DNA of 64,000 nucleotides. It comes from an uncultured Chloroflexia bacterium. Its GTDB lineage: Bacteria; Chloroflexota; Limnocylindria; Limnocylindrales; CSP1-4. Numbering within the stretch: the stretch's first letter is position 1; every line of letters starts with the position of its first letter. This document shows, in pieces, positions 50,923 to 59,577 of the stretch. The notes beneath the pieces are model-generated. The model saw only the letters and a list, made by a program, of their open reading frames with translations, had not been told where the DNA came from and ran no database searches. The stretch is taken from the NCBI GenBank assembly GCA_963841545.1, contig CAWJDE010000013.1, forward strand, positions 830 through 64,829, written 5' to 3'. The translations under genes were made by a program, and so were the position numbers.

Positions 50923-51334
50923 GGAGGTGCGGTTCTTCGGGCGGCTGTCGGTCTATGCGCTGCTCGCCGGCGTCGTCTACTGGTTCATCAGCTACGAGAG
51001 CGCCGGCACGGTGCTGCTCATCGGGTTCGGGGTGGCCACCGGCGTCGCGTTCCTCGTCCTGCGAAGCTCCCGACAGCGGCCGTCACCGGTCGACGCCGCA
51101 GGCTCGCGTGATCCCGACGGTCCGTTCGGCGACGAATCGGCCCCCGTGCCGACCCGGAGCGCGGCGCCGCTCGCGGTTGGTCTCGGGCTCGCCCTGATCG
51201 GGCTCGCGGGTGCCTTCGGCCCGTGGTTCCTGGTGGTGGGGGCGATGCCGTTGCTGATCGGGGCCGCCGACTGGCTGCGTTCGGCCAGCCGCGAGCTCGA
51301 CCAGCGCACCGACGCCGATCGGGATCGCCGCTGA
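50915..51334 (+). CDS. ctaF: cytochrome c oxidase subunit IV (actinobacterial CtaF-like)
   Basis: 139 aa, 4 TM, with an 8-nt overlap with the ctaD stop. Size and position match actinobacterial CtaF. Confidence 0.55.
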   Translation: MPEEVRFFGRLSVYALLAGVVYWFISYESAGTVLLIGFGVATGVAFLVLRSSRQRPSPVDAAGSRDPDGPFGDESAPVPTRSAAPLAVGLGLALIGLAGAFGPWFLVVGAMPLLIGAADWLRSASRELDQRTDADRDRR

Positions 51335-51394
51335 CGGGCCGCCCCATCGGCCGACCGGACCGGTGGAACCGTCTCAGGCGAGCATCCTGACGCC

Positions 51395-52039
51395 ATGCAG
51401 CACGACGACCACGTCGCATTGATCCGGGACGGCGTTCTCGGCGCGGGGCCCCGGTGGCTCGAGCTCGGGGCCGGCGAGGGCGCGTTCACGCTCGCGCTGG
51501 CCGATCTGCTGGGGAACGATGGCCATATCGTGGCCCTCGATCGCGACCGGTGGCCGCTCACGGTGCTCGCCGACGCGGCGGCCGCCCGCTTTCCCGGCAC
51601 GCCCATCCACACCGTGACCGCCGACTTCACGCGTCAGCTGCCCGCCGGTCCGTTCGACGGCGTGCTGGCCGCGAACAGCCTCCACTTCGTGGCCGACCCG
51701 CGCCCGGTGCTGGACGTGATCCGGACCATCCTGTCCCCGCATGGCCGGCTCGTGCTCGTCGAGTACGACGCCGATCGCGGCAATCCCTACGTCCCGCACC
51801 CCATCTCGTTCCGGCGCTGGCGCGGGCTGGCAGGGGATGCGGGCTTCGGGCCGCCCTACCTGCTGCACCGGGTGCCCAGCCGGTTTCTCGGTTCCATCTA
51901 TGCGGCAGCGGCGGCCCGGGGCCCGGGGCCGGCCGCGGATCCGATCGGGCCGGTGACCGGATCCATCGCCGTCCGGCAGCGGGACCCCGCAGATCGCGTG
52001 GTACACTCCCGCCCTCACGGCGACGACCGAGAGGAGTAG
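51395..52039 (+). CDS. class I SAM-dependent methyltransferase
   Basis: Motif I WLELGAGEGAFTLALA followed by VALDRD. Confidence 0.6.
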   Translation: MQHDDHVALIRDGVLGAGPRWLELGAGEGAFTLALADLLGNDGHIVALDRDRWPLTVLADAAAARFPGTPIHTVTADFTRQLPAGPFDGVLAANSLHFVADPRPVLDVIRTILSPHGRLVLVEYDADRGNPYVPHPISFRRWRGLAGDAGFGPPYLLHRVPSRFLGSIYAAAAARGPGPAADPIGPVTGSIAVRQRDPADRVVHSRPHGDDREE

Positions 52040-52059
52040 GTCCGGAACGGCCCACAGCG

Positions 52060-52285
52060 AGCGCGGGACGGTGCGAGCCGCGCGGGGATGCCGGGTCCGA
52101 AGGTCGCTCGCGAGCCGTGCGGGTGGCGCCCGATAGCGCGCCAGGGAGGGTGCCGGAGCACGGCCGGCCGCGATACGCGGCGGGCACCGGCATCGAACCA
52201 GCAGGTGGTACCACGACCCCGTTCGTCCGCTGGACGACGGGGCGTTTTCGTCTCTGCGGGCGTGCGCCCGCGAACCGGGAGCGAC
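52060..52285 (+). promoter_or_regulatory. putative T-box riboswitch leader of valS (T-box sequence plus terminator/antiterminator)
   Basis: AGCAGGUGGUACCACGACC at about 52199-52217 matches the T-box consensus GGGUGGNACCGCG. It is immediately followed by an 11-bp GC hairpin (CCCCGuUCGUCC-GCUG-GGACGACGGGG) and a U-run (CGUUUUCGUCUCU). A GUC codon is present upstream at about 52101. Confidence 0.45.
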
Positions 52286-52287
52286 CG

Positions 52288-55023
52288 ATGACGAACTCGA
52301 CCGAACCTCCGGCCCCGACGCTCGCCAAGGCCTACGTCCCGGCCCAGTTCGAGCACGAGATCTACGAGCGGTGGCTGGCCGCCGACGTGTTCGCTCCGGA
52401 CGGCAGCGGGTCGACCGCCGATCCGGCGCTCGAGCCGTTCGTGATCATCCAGCCGCCGCCCAACGTGACCGGCAGCCTGCACCTCGGCCACGCGCAGCGG
52501 ACCACGGTCGAGGATCTGATGATCCGCCACGCGCGGATGCTCGGCCGGCCGACGCTGTTCCTGCCCGGGCTCGATCACGCCAGCATCGCCGCCCAGTTCG
52601 TGCTCGACGGCATCCTGGCAAGGGAGGGGCAGAGCCGGGCCACGCTGGGCCGGGAGCGCTATCTCGAGCGGATGCGCGCGTTCGTGGACGCGACGCGGAC
52701 GACCATCCTCACCCAGCAGCGGCGCGTCGGGGGCAGCTGCGACTGGGGCCGGCTGCGGTTCACGATGGACGAGGTGTCGGCGCGGGCCGTTCGCGAGGCC
52801 TTCGTGCGGCTGTTCCGGCGCGGCCTGGCGTACCGCTCCGAGGCGCTCATCAACTGGTGCCCCGGCTGCCACACCAGCGTCAGCGACCTCGAGGTGATCC
52901 CGACGCCCGAGCAGGGAACGATCTGGCGCGTCCGGTATCACCTGATCGACCCGGCGACCGGGCAGCCTGACCCGGGGGCGACGGTCACGGTCGCCACCAC
53001 CCGGCCCGAGACGATCCTGGGCGACACGGCGGTCGCCGTCCACCCCGAGGACGCGCGCTACACGGCGCTCGTCGGACGCCTCGTCCGCATCCCGTTCGTC
53101 GATCGCGACGTCCCGATCATCGCGGATCCGATCGTCGACCCCGACTTCGGCACGGGTGCCGTCAAGATCACGCCGGCCCACGACCACGACGACCACGACA
53201 CGGGCCGCCGCCACGGGCTGGCCATGCCCACCATCCTCGATGACGCAGCCCGGGTGGCCGGCACCGGCACCGACTACGACGGCCTCGATCGCTACGACGC
53301 CCGCCGGCGGATCCTGGCCGACCTTGCGCTGCGCGGCGATCTCGCGGGCGAGCAGCCCCACGAGATGGTCATCGGCCGCTGCCAGCGGAGCAACGACGTC
53401 GTCGAGCCGCGGCTCAAGACGCAATGGTTCGTGCGTACCGGACCCCTGGCGGCGGCTGCGCTGGAGGCCACCCGCTCCGGCCGGACGCGGATCCTGCCCG
53501 AACGGATGGACAAGGTCTGGGAGCACTGGATGACCAACATCCGCGACTGGAACGTGTCGCGGCAGCTGTGGTGGGGCCACCGCATCCCGGCCTGGTACTG
53601 CCCCGACGGCCACGTGACGGTCAGCGCCGATCCCGAGGGCCCGACGGCCTGCGAGGCGTGCGCCCGGCCGGCCACGGAGCTGGTCCAGGACCCCGACATC
53701 TTCGACACCTGGTTCAGCTCGGGGCTGTGGCCGTTCTCGACGCTCGGCTGGCCGGAGGCGACCGACGACCTGGCTCGCTTCTACCCGGGCTCGGTGATGG
53801 AGACGGGCTACGACATCCTGTTCTTCTGGGTCGCCCGGATGATGATGCTGGGCATCGAGCTGACCGGCGAGATCCCGTTCCACACGGTCTACCTGTCGGG
53901 CCTCATCCGCGACCCGTACGGCGCGAAGATGTCCAAGACCAAGGGCAACGTGGTCGATCCGCTGGGCACGATCGACGAGATGGGCGCCGACGCGCTGCGG
54001 TTCGCGGTGGTCCACGGGACGACGCCGGGCAGCGACCAGCGGTTCGGCAGCGCCAAGGTCGAGAACGCCCGCAACTTCGCCAACAAGCTGTGGAACGCGA
54101 CCCGCTTCGTGGTCGGTGCCCGGCCGGACTCGGTGCCGGAGGGAGCCGAGCGCCGGCTTCCCGACCCCGCGCTGCTCGGTCCCGCGGAACGCTGGGTCCT
54201 GTCGCGCACGGCGGCGACGGTCGCAGCGGTGAACCGGGCGCTCGCCGGCTACAGCTTCGGCGAGGTCACCCGCCTGCTGTACGAGGCGATCTGGAGCGAG
54301 TACTGCGACTGGGGCCTGGAGCTTGCCAAGGTGCGCCTGGCGGACGGCTCGCTGTCCGACGAGCGCCGCGAGGCCACCTGGTGGGCGCTGGTCGAGGCGC
54401 TCGACACGTACCTGCGGCTGCTCCATCCGGTGATGCCGTTCGTGACCGAGCGACTGTGGCAGGCCCTGCCGCATCGGGCCACGGACCCGGACCTCCTGAT
54501 CGTCGCGCGGTGGCCCGGGGTGGGGGAGCGCGACGAGGCGATCGAGGCGCAGGTGGGCGCCCTGGTGGACGTGGTGCGCGCGATCCGGAACGCCCGCGCA
54601 GAGGCGAAGCTCGAGCCGGGCGCCTACCTGCCGCTCGACGTGTACGCCGAGCCCGAGCTCGGTGCGACGCTCGAGGCGTTGCGGCCCGCCCTCGAGCGGC
54701 TGGCCCGGGCGCGACCCCTTCGCCGGCACCTCACGCCGGAAGACCTCCACGCCACCGCCGGGGGCGGCCTCGCCGTGATCACCGGCCCGGTCGAGGCGAT
54801 CGTTGGGCTTGCGGATGCCGATCCGGGGAAGGCCGACGCGGACCGGGCACGGCTCGAGAAGGAGCTCGCAGACGCCCGCAGGCTCCTCGAGTCGGCCCGC
54901 GCCCGGCTCGCGGACACCGCCTTCCTCGCCCGGGCGCCCGCGGCGATCGTGAACGGCGCCCGGGTGCGGGAGGCCGAGCTCGCCGATCAGGTCGAACGGC
55001 TCTCGGCGCGCCTGGAGCGGTGA
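52288..55023 (+). CDS. valS: valine--tRNA ligase
   Basis: HIGH motif PNVTGSLHLGHA, KMSKS motif KMSKTKGN and a C-terminal coiled coil. The first 278 codons of the track ORF are out-of-context R-rich extension. Confidence 0.95.
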   Translation: MTNSTEPPAPTLAKAYVPAQFEHEIYERWLAADVFAPDGSGSTADPALEPFVIIQPPPNVTGSLHLGHAQRTTVEDLMIRHARMLGRPTLFLPGLDHASIAAQFVLDGILAREGQSRATLGRERYLERMRAFVDATRTTILTQQRRVGGSCDWGRLRFTMDEVSARAVREAFVRLFRRGLAYRSEALINWCPGCHTSVSDLEVIPTPEQGTIWRVRYHLIDPATGQPDPGATVTVATTRPETILGDTAVAVHPEDARYTALVGRLVRIPFVDRDVPIIADPIVDPDFGTGAVKITPAHDHDDHDTGRRHGLAMPTILDDAARVAGTGTDYDGLDRYDARRRILADLALRGDLAGEQPHEMVIGRCQRSNDVVEPRLKTQWFVRTGPLAAAALEATRSGRTRILPERMDKVWEHWMTNIRDWNVSRQLWWGHRIPAWYCPDGHVTVSADPEGPTACEACARPATELVQDPDIFDTWFSSGLWPFSTLGWPEATDDLARFYPGSVMETGYDILFFWVARMMMLGIELTGEIPFHTVYLSGLIRDPYGAKMSKTKGNVVDPLGTIDEMGADALRFAVVHGTTPGSDQRFGSAKVENARNFANKLWNATRFVVGARPDSVPEGAERRLPDPALLGPAERWVLSRTAATVAAVNRALAGYSFGEVTRLLYEAIWSEYCDWGLELAKVRLADGSLSDERREATWWALVEALDTYLRLLHPVMPFVTERLWQALPHRATDPDLLIVARWPGVGERDEAIEAQVGALVDVVRAIRNARAEAKLEPGAYLPLDVYAEPELGATLEALRPALERLARARPLRRHLTPEDLHATAGGGLAVITGPVEAIVGLADADPGKADADRARLEKELADARRLLESARARLADTAFLARAPAAIVNGARVREAELADQVERLSARLER

Positions 55024-55132
55024 CCTTCGAGCCCGCCCGCCGCCGATCGCGATCCGGCGGCCGCGATGACCGGCGCCTCCCTCGCTGCTACGATCTTCAC
55101 CATCAGCCAGCTCGCTGTGCCCGGAGGACCCT

Positions 55133-55885
55133 GTGCCCCTCGATTTCCTGAAGCGCCGAGGCGGTGACCCCGAGCAGCCTGGACCCTCCCCCAAACCGGC
55201 GACCGTGGTCGGGTTGCCCGAGGAGGTCGTCGCCCAGGACTACCAGCTGAAGCTGTACTACGCGGGCAAGAGCACCGAGGGGGTGCGGCTGCAGGCGGGT
55301 CCGAGGGCGATGGCCGAGCTGCCGGCGATGCTGGCGGGGGTCGCGCGGGACGACGTCGAGGTGGTCGAGCCGCTGCCGCTCGAGTTCAGCCAGGCGGTCC
55401 CCCAGATCGCCCGGCCGTCGGAGGCGATGCAGTGGCTCAACGCCCACCACCAGCTGAGCCCGGTCACCCGCCATGCGCTCGTGGTCCTCGAGTCGATCGA
55501 CGCGATCGACCTCGCCTTCGACACCTTCGCCTGCGCGCTGCTCGACGGCGAGACTGACACGTCGGGCTACCCGGAATACAACGCGGTCGTCGGCGGCGTG
55601 GCCTCCCACTGGGACGAGGCGACGGGCGACATGATCGTTCGCGGCGTGGTCGGCTGGGGTGGCCGGGGCGTCCGTGGCGACACCGACCGGATCGCGCAGC
55701 GGATCCTGGGTGGCATCCTGACCAACATCCTGGCCAATCAGTTCGCGCTCGGGTTGACCGCGGTGGACCGTCCCGTGCCCGCGGCCGGGCGAGGCGGGCT
55801 CGTCTGCGCGCACTGCGGCTTCGCCTCCGGCCACGAGCGTGCCTTCTACTGCCCCAAGTGCGGCATGCGGCTGCTGCGCGGCTGA
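55133..55885 (+). CDS. hypothetical protein with C-terminal zinc ribbon
   Basis: C-terminal CAHCG…CPKCG. No recognised N-domain. Confidence 0.45.
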   Translation: MPLDFLKRRGGDPEQPGPSPKPATVVGLPEEVVAQDYQLKLYYAGKSTEGVRLQAGPRAMAELPAMLAGVARDDVEVVEPLPLEFSQAVPQIARPSEAMQWLNAHHQLSPVTRHALVVLESIDAIDLAFDTFACALLDGETDTSGYPEYNAVVGGVASHWDEATGDMIVRGVVGWGGRGVRGDTDRIAQRILGGILTNILANQFALGLTAVDRPVPAAGRGGLVCAHCGFASGHERAFYCPKCGMRLLRG

Positions 55886-55906
55886 ACGAGCGACCGGACC
55901 CACCCG

Positions 55907-56287
55907 ATGCCGATCTACGACTACGTCTGCACCGCCTGCGATCATCGGACCGACATCCTGCACGGCATCAACGAGCCCGGCCCGCATTACTGCCCGTCCT
56001 GCGGGCGTGAAGGGACGATGCGCAAGCAGTTCGCAGCGCCGGCAGTCCACTACAAGGGATCGGGCTGGGCCAAGAAGGACCGCGGCAGCTCGAGCGGCGG
56101 CAGCCGGGCATCGAGCGGGCCCTCGGCCGGCCACAAGGCGGACGCGGGCTCGCAGGACGGTGCCTCGGGTGACAAGCGTGACAAGGGCGACCAGGGTGAC
56201 AAGGGCGACCAGCGCGACAAAGGCGACAAAGGTGACAAGGGCGGCGCATCGAGCGCATCGGGCAAGCCGGCCGGCGGCGAGGACTGA
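55907..56287 (+). CDS. FmdB family zinc-ribbon protein with low-complexity (DKGD)n tail
   Basis: MPIYDYVCTACDHR…YCPSCG matches the FmdB family. 9-bp DNA repeats gacaagggc at 56176-56250. Confidence 0.7.
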   Translation: MPIYDYVCTACDHRTDILHGINEPGPHYCPSCGREGTMRKQFAAPAVHYKGSGWAKKDRGSSSGGSRASSGPSAGHKADAGSQDGASGDKRDKGDQGDKGDQRDKGDKGDKGGASSASGKPAGGED

Positions 56288-56291
56288 CCGC

Positions 56292-56531
56292 GTGCCGGCC
56301 GCCGCCGACTGGATCACGCTCGCCGAGGCTGCCGAGATCCTGGCCGCCGCGAATGTCCGGTTCCGCCCGTCGACGATCGGGACCTGGGCGCGCACCGGCC
56401 GCCTGTCGAGCATCAAGCTCGGGGGCCGGAGGTTCGTGCGGCGCGGCGAGGTCAAGGCCCTGGTCGCCGCCCCTCGCCGGGTGCGCGCCGAGGATGTCCA
56501 GCCGGGATTGTTCGAGGACCTGACGGGCTGA
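56292..56531 (+). CDS. helix-turn-helix DNA-binding protein (excisionase/MerR-like family)
   Basis: WITLAEAAEILAAANVRFRPSTIGTWARTGRLSSIKLGGRRF is an HTH_17-like motif. GTG start 5 nt after the FmdB stop. Confidence 0.5.
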   Translation: MPAAADWITLAEAAEILAAANVRFRPSTIGTWARTGRLSSIKLGGRRFVRRGEVKALVAAPRRVRAEDVQPGLFEDLTG

Positions 56532-56536
56532 GGCGC

Positions 56537-57712
56537 ATGGATGACGCGGCCGAGGCGCAGGAGGAGAGCCGGGCCGACCGCGTTCGGGATCTCGCAGCGT
56601 GGATCGCCGGCAGGCTCGGTGGCATCGCCGCGGTGCGGACGCTGGCCGCCGTGCTCCGGACGTACGACGCGGCGGGTGGCGGCCTGGTCGCCAATGGTCT
56701 CGCCTACAGCGCCCTGCTGGCGCTGCTGCCCGGCCTGCTGCTGGTGCTGTCGGTGGTCGCCCTGATCGTCGACGACCCCGGGGTCCGGGAGCAGATCGTG
56801 GCCGCCATCGCGCGGGCAGTGCCGCCGCTCGAGGACGTCTCCCGGACCGCGCTCGAGCAGGTGTCGGCGGGCGCGGGCCCGACCGGAGTCGTGGCGCTGC
56901 TCGGCCTGGTCTGGGGTTCGAGCCGCTTCTACGGCGCGCTGGACGCGGCCGTGGCAAGGATCTTCCGGTCGGCGCCGCGCCGGAGCTTCGTCGCGCGGAC
57001 CGCCCGAGGCCTGGTCGTGTCAGCGCTGCTCGTGGCGACGCCGGTCGCCGCCCTGGTGGCGGGGTCCGTCGTCTCCTGGCTCATCGATCTGGCCCCAGCC
57101 GGGATGGTGATCGAGGGGGCGCTGGGAACGGTGTTCCGGGTCGCCTCCCCGTTCCTCTCGTTCGCGCTGTTCGTGTTCGGCGCGGCCGTCGTGTACCGGC
57201 TGGTGCCGACGCGTCGCGTCCCCGCTCGGGCGCTCTGGCCCCCGGCGCTCGTCGCCGGGTTGGCCATGGCCGTGATCGCCCAGCTGTTCGCCTTCGTGGC
57301 ACCGCGGCTGGTCGGCGTCGCAGCGCTGTTCGGCGCCTTCGTCGCCGTGTTCGGCGTCCTTGCCTGGCTGTCGATCAGCCTCAACGTGCTGCTGCTCGGG
57401 GCGTGCTGGGCGAGGGTCCGGGCGGTGTCGATGGCTGAGCCGACGACGCCCGTCGGTGGTGATCCCGATCGGCGGGTGCGGGCGCGACTTGAGGCGGTGG
57501 TTCAGCCCTGGCGACTGCCACAGCGCCGGCAGAAGCGGGCGTTGGCGGACAGGGACAGCCCGCACTGCACGCACGGCTGCGCCGACGGCGTCGGCGCAGC
57601 TGCCGGGTGGTTCGCCGGAGCCGCTCCAAGGACCTCGCGTGCCGATGCCGCCCACAGTGCCGATGCGTCGTCCCGGGGCAGCAGCGGCCGTCCCGCGAGC
57701 GTGCGCGGATAG
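56537..57712 (+). CDS. YihY/BrkB (virulence factor BrkB) family membrane protein
   Basis: Six TM helices with the YihY signature (GLAYSALLALLP…). The C-terminal about 70 aa overlaps the convergent gene's 3' end and may not be meaningful sequence. Confidence 0.7.
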   Translation: MDDAAEAQEESRADRVRDLAAWIAGRLGGIAAVRTLAAVLRTYDAAGGGLVANGLAYSALLALLPGLLLVLSVVALIVDDPGVREQIVAAIARAVPPLEDVSRTALEQVSAGAGPTGVVALLGLVWGSSRFYGALDAAVARIFRSAPRRSFVARTARGLVVSALLVATPVAALVAGSVVSWLIDLAPAGMVIEGALGTVFRVASPFLSFALFVFGAAVVYRLVPTRRVPARALWPPALVAGLAMAVIAQLFAFVAPRLVGVAALFGAFVAVFGVLAWLSISLNVLLLGACWARVRAVSMAEPTTPVGGDPDRRVRARLEAVVQPWRLPQRRQKRALADRDSPHCTHGCADGVGAAAGWFAGAAPRTSRADAAHSADASSRGSSGRPASVRG

Positions 57713-59413
57713 GCGCGGTTCGAGACCTCCGGCCAGGCAGGGCCCTGCGGCCACTGCGGGTCCGCCTGGGTGACGGTGTCATCGGGCGCAACCATCAGCC
57801 AGGGTGCGACGGCCGGCTCGGCCGGGGTGTTGGCGGGGGCGGGTGGCAGCTCCGACGGAGGGGGAACGGGCCAGGTTGGCTGGACGATGACGTCGGCGGG
57901 CGGTGCCGCTGGTGGCAACGTCTCGGGTCCGGCGGGCGCCGCTGGCGGCGCGGGCGGCATCGGCGGCGGAGGTGCAGCCTCGACCGGCGCGGCGTCGACC
58001 GCGGCCTCGACCGGCCACGCCTCGACCGGAGCGGATGGCGGCATGCCCACCGGCGATTCGGCCGGCGGGATCGCGGGCAGGGGAGGTGGCGGGGGCGGTG
58101 CTCCGGCGGATGCGGGGGCTGTCTCGAAAGCCACCTGGGCGGCCGGCGGCTCGGGCCGGAATGGCGGCTCGGGCGGCAGCGGCGTTGCCTGTGCGGCGAT
58201 CGCCGCCTGGGGCTCGAATGGCGCGTTCGTTGGCACCGCTGCCTCGAACATGCCTGCGGCCGCGGCCGGCGACGCGACCTCCGGCGATCCTGATGGTGCA
58301 GGGTCCGGGCGAGTCCAGGCCTGCTCCTCCTCGAGCGTCCAGGCCTGCCCGGCATCGGACGTCCAGGCCTGCCCGGCATCGGACGTCCAGGCCTGCCCGG
58401 CATCGGGCGTCCAGGCCTGCCCGGCATCGGGCGTCCAGGCCTGCCCGGCATCGGGCGTCGCCGCCTCGTCGGCCGCGAGCTGATTCGTCGGCCTCGACCG
58501 GGCTCGCCGCCTCGTCGGCCGCGAGCTGCGATTCGTCGGCCGCGACCGGGCTCGCCGCCTCGTCGGCCGCGAGCTGCGATTCGTCGGCCTCGACCGGGCT
58601 CGCCGCCTCGTCGGCCGCGAGCTGCGATTCGTCGGCCGCGACCGGGCTCGCCGCCTCGTCGGCCGCGAGCTGCGATTCGTAGGCCGCGATCGCGTCCTCG
58701 ATGCTCTGTCCGGGCGCCACGCCGGGCAGCGGCGCGCTGACCGAGCGAGCGACCTCGTCGCTGAACGCTGCCTCGCCGGCGGGCGACAGGTCCTCTGCCG
58801 GCCCGAGCGACGCGGGAAGGTCCACGAGGTGATCCGTCGCGCCCACCGGGGGCGGCGCGCCGACCTCCTGCGCGTCGGCCGGCATGACGTCGCGCGCGCC
58901 GTCGTGGTCGGTGCTGTCGTCGAACGTGTCGAAGGTTTCGAACGTCGTGCTCGCCGCGGGCTCGCCGAGGACCTGTGCGATGCGGGCGAGATCCGCCTCG
59001 GGCCAGGCGCCGTCCATGTCGGCCGGCGCGTGCCCGTTGCCATCGAGCGACGGCTCGATCGTGGCAGCCGTCGACATGGACGGCTCCTCCAGGCCGGGGA
59101 CGGGGGCGCAGGTCAGGCATCGCCCCTCGGTCTGGTTCCAGCAGTTCCCGCACGTGTACTGGCGGCAGGTAAGACAGAAGTTGAACGTCTGGTGGAAGGC
59201 GTCGAGCTGATGGGCCGTCGCCGACATCTCCAGCTCGCTTCGCGCGTCCGCCATCGCCTCCGAGAACGAGGCGTCGTCGGACATCACGAAGTTGCGGACA
59301 CCCTTGGAGAAGGTCCGCACGCGACCGAGACGCGACCGGCGTGGTGCGCTCGACTCGAAGGTATAGCGGGTGCCGCACCGTTCGCAGAACGACTCGGTGA
59401 GGATCTCCGTCAT
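57502..59413 (-). pseudogene. long repeat-containing protein with N- and C-terminal zinc ribbons; reading frame broken (-2) inside tandem repeats
   Basis: N-terminal part, in the frame of ORF 57779..59488: MTEILTESFCERCG…CLTCRQYTCGNCWN…CLTCAP, then (ESQLAADEAASPVxAD)x4.5. C-terminal part, in the frame of ORF 57502..59043: (DAGQAWT)x5, a Pro-rich linker, then CVQCGLSLSANARFCRRCG. The frames differ by a 2-bp deletion (gagctgATTcg versus gagctgCGattcg) in the last 48-bp repeat near 58480. Confidence 0.5.
58321..58680. repeat. tandem repeat array: 24-bp unit x5 (58321-58445), then 48-bp unit x about 4.5 (58446-58680)
   Basis: Direct reading: gtccaggcctgcccggcatcggac repeated. Then cgtcggccgcgagctgcgattcgtcggcc(g/t)cgaccgggctcgccgcct repeated. 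Confidence 0.9.
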
Positions 59414-59577
59414 CAAAACCCCGGGCCACGCAGAGTGAGATGCCCGGACTGGCTGCCGGGCAGGGCCCAGAGTATACCCGCGCCACACCAGGACCCCTCA
59501 CACCGAGGTACCCCATCCGGACCCCGTTGGTCCTTCGGCCGGCCGCCGGCGGGCGGAATGGTACGGTTCCACCCGCC

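Noticed and set aside
52015-55194. 1059-aa minus-strand ORF
   Set aside because: It is antisense to valS, which has HIGH and KMSKS motifs on the plus strand.
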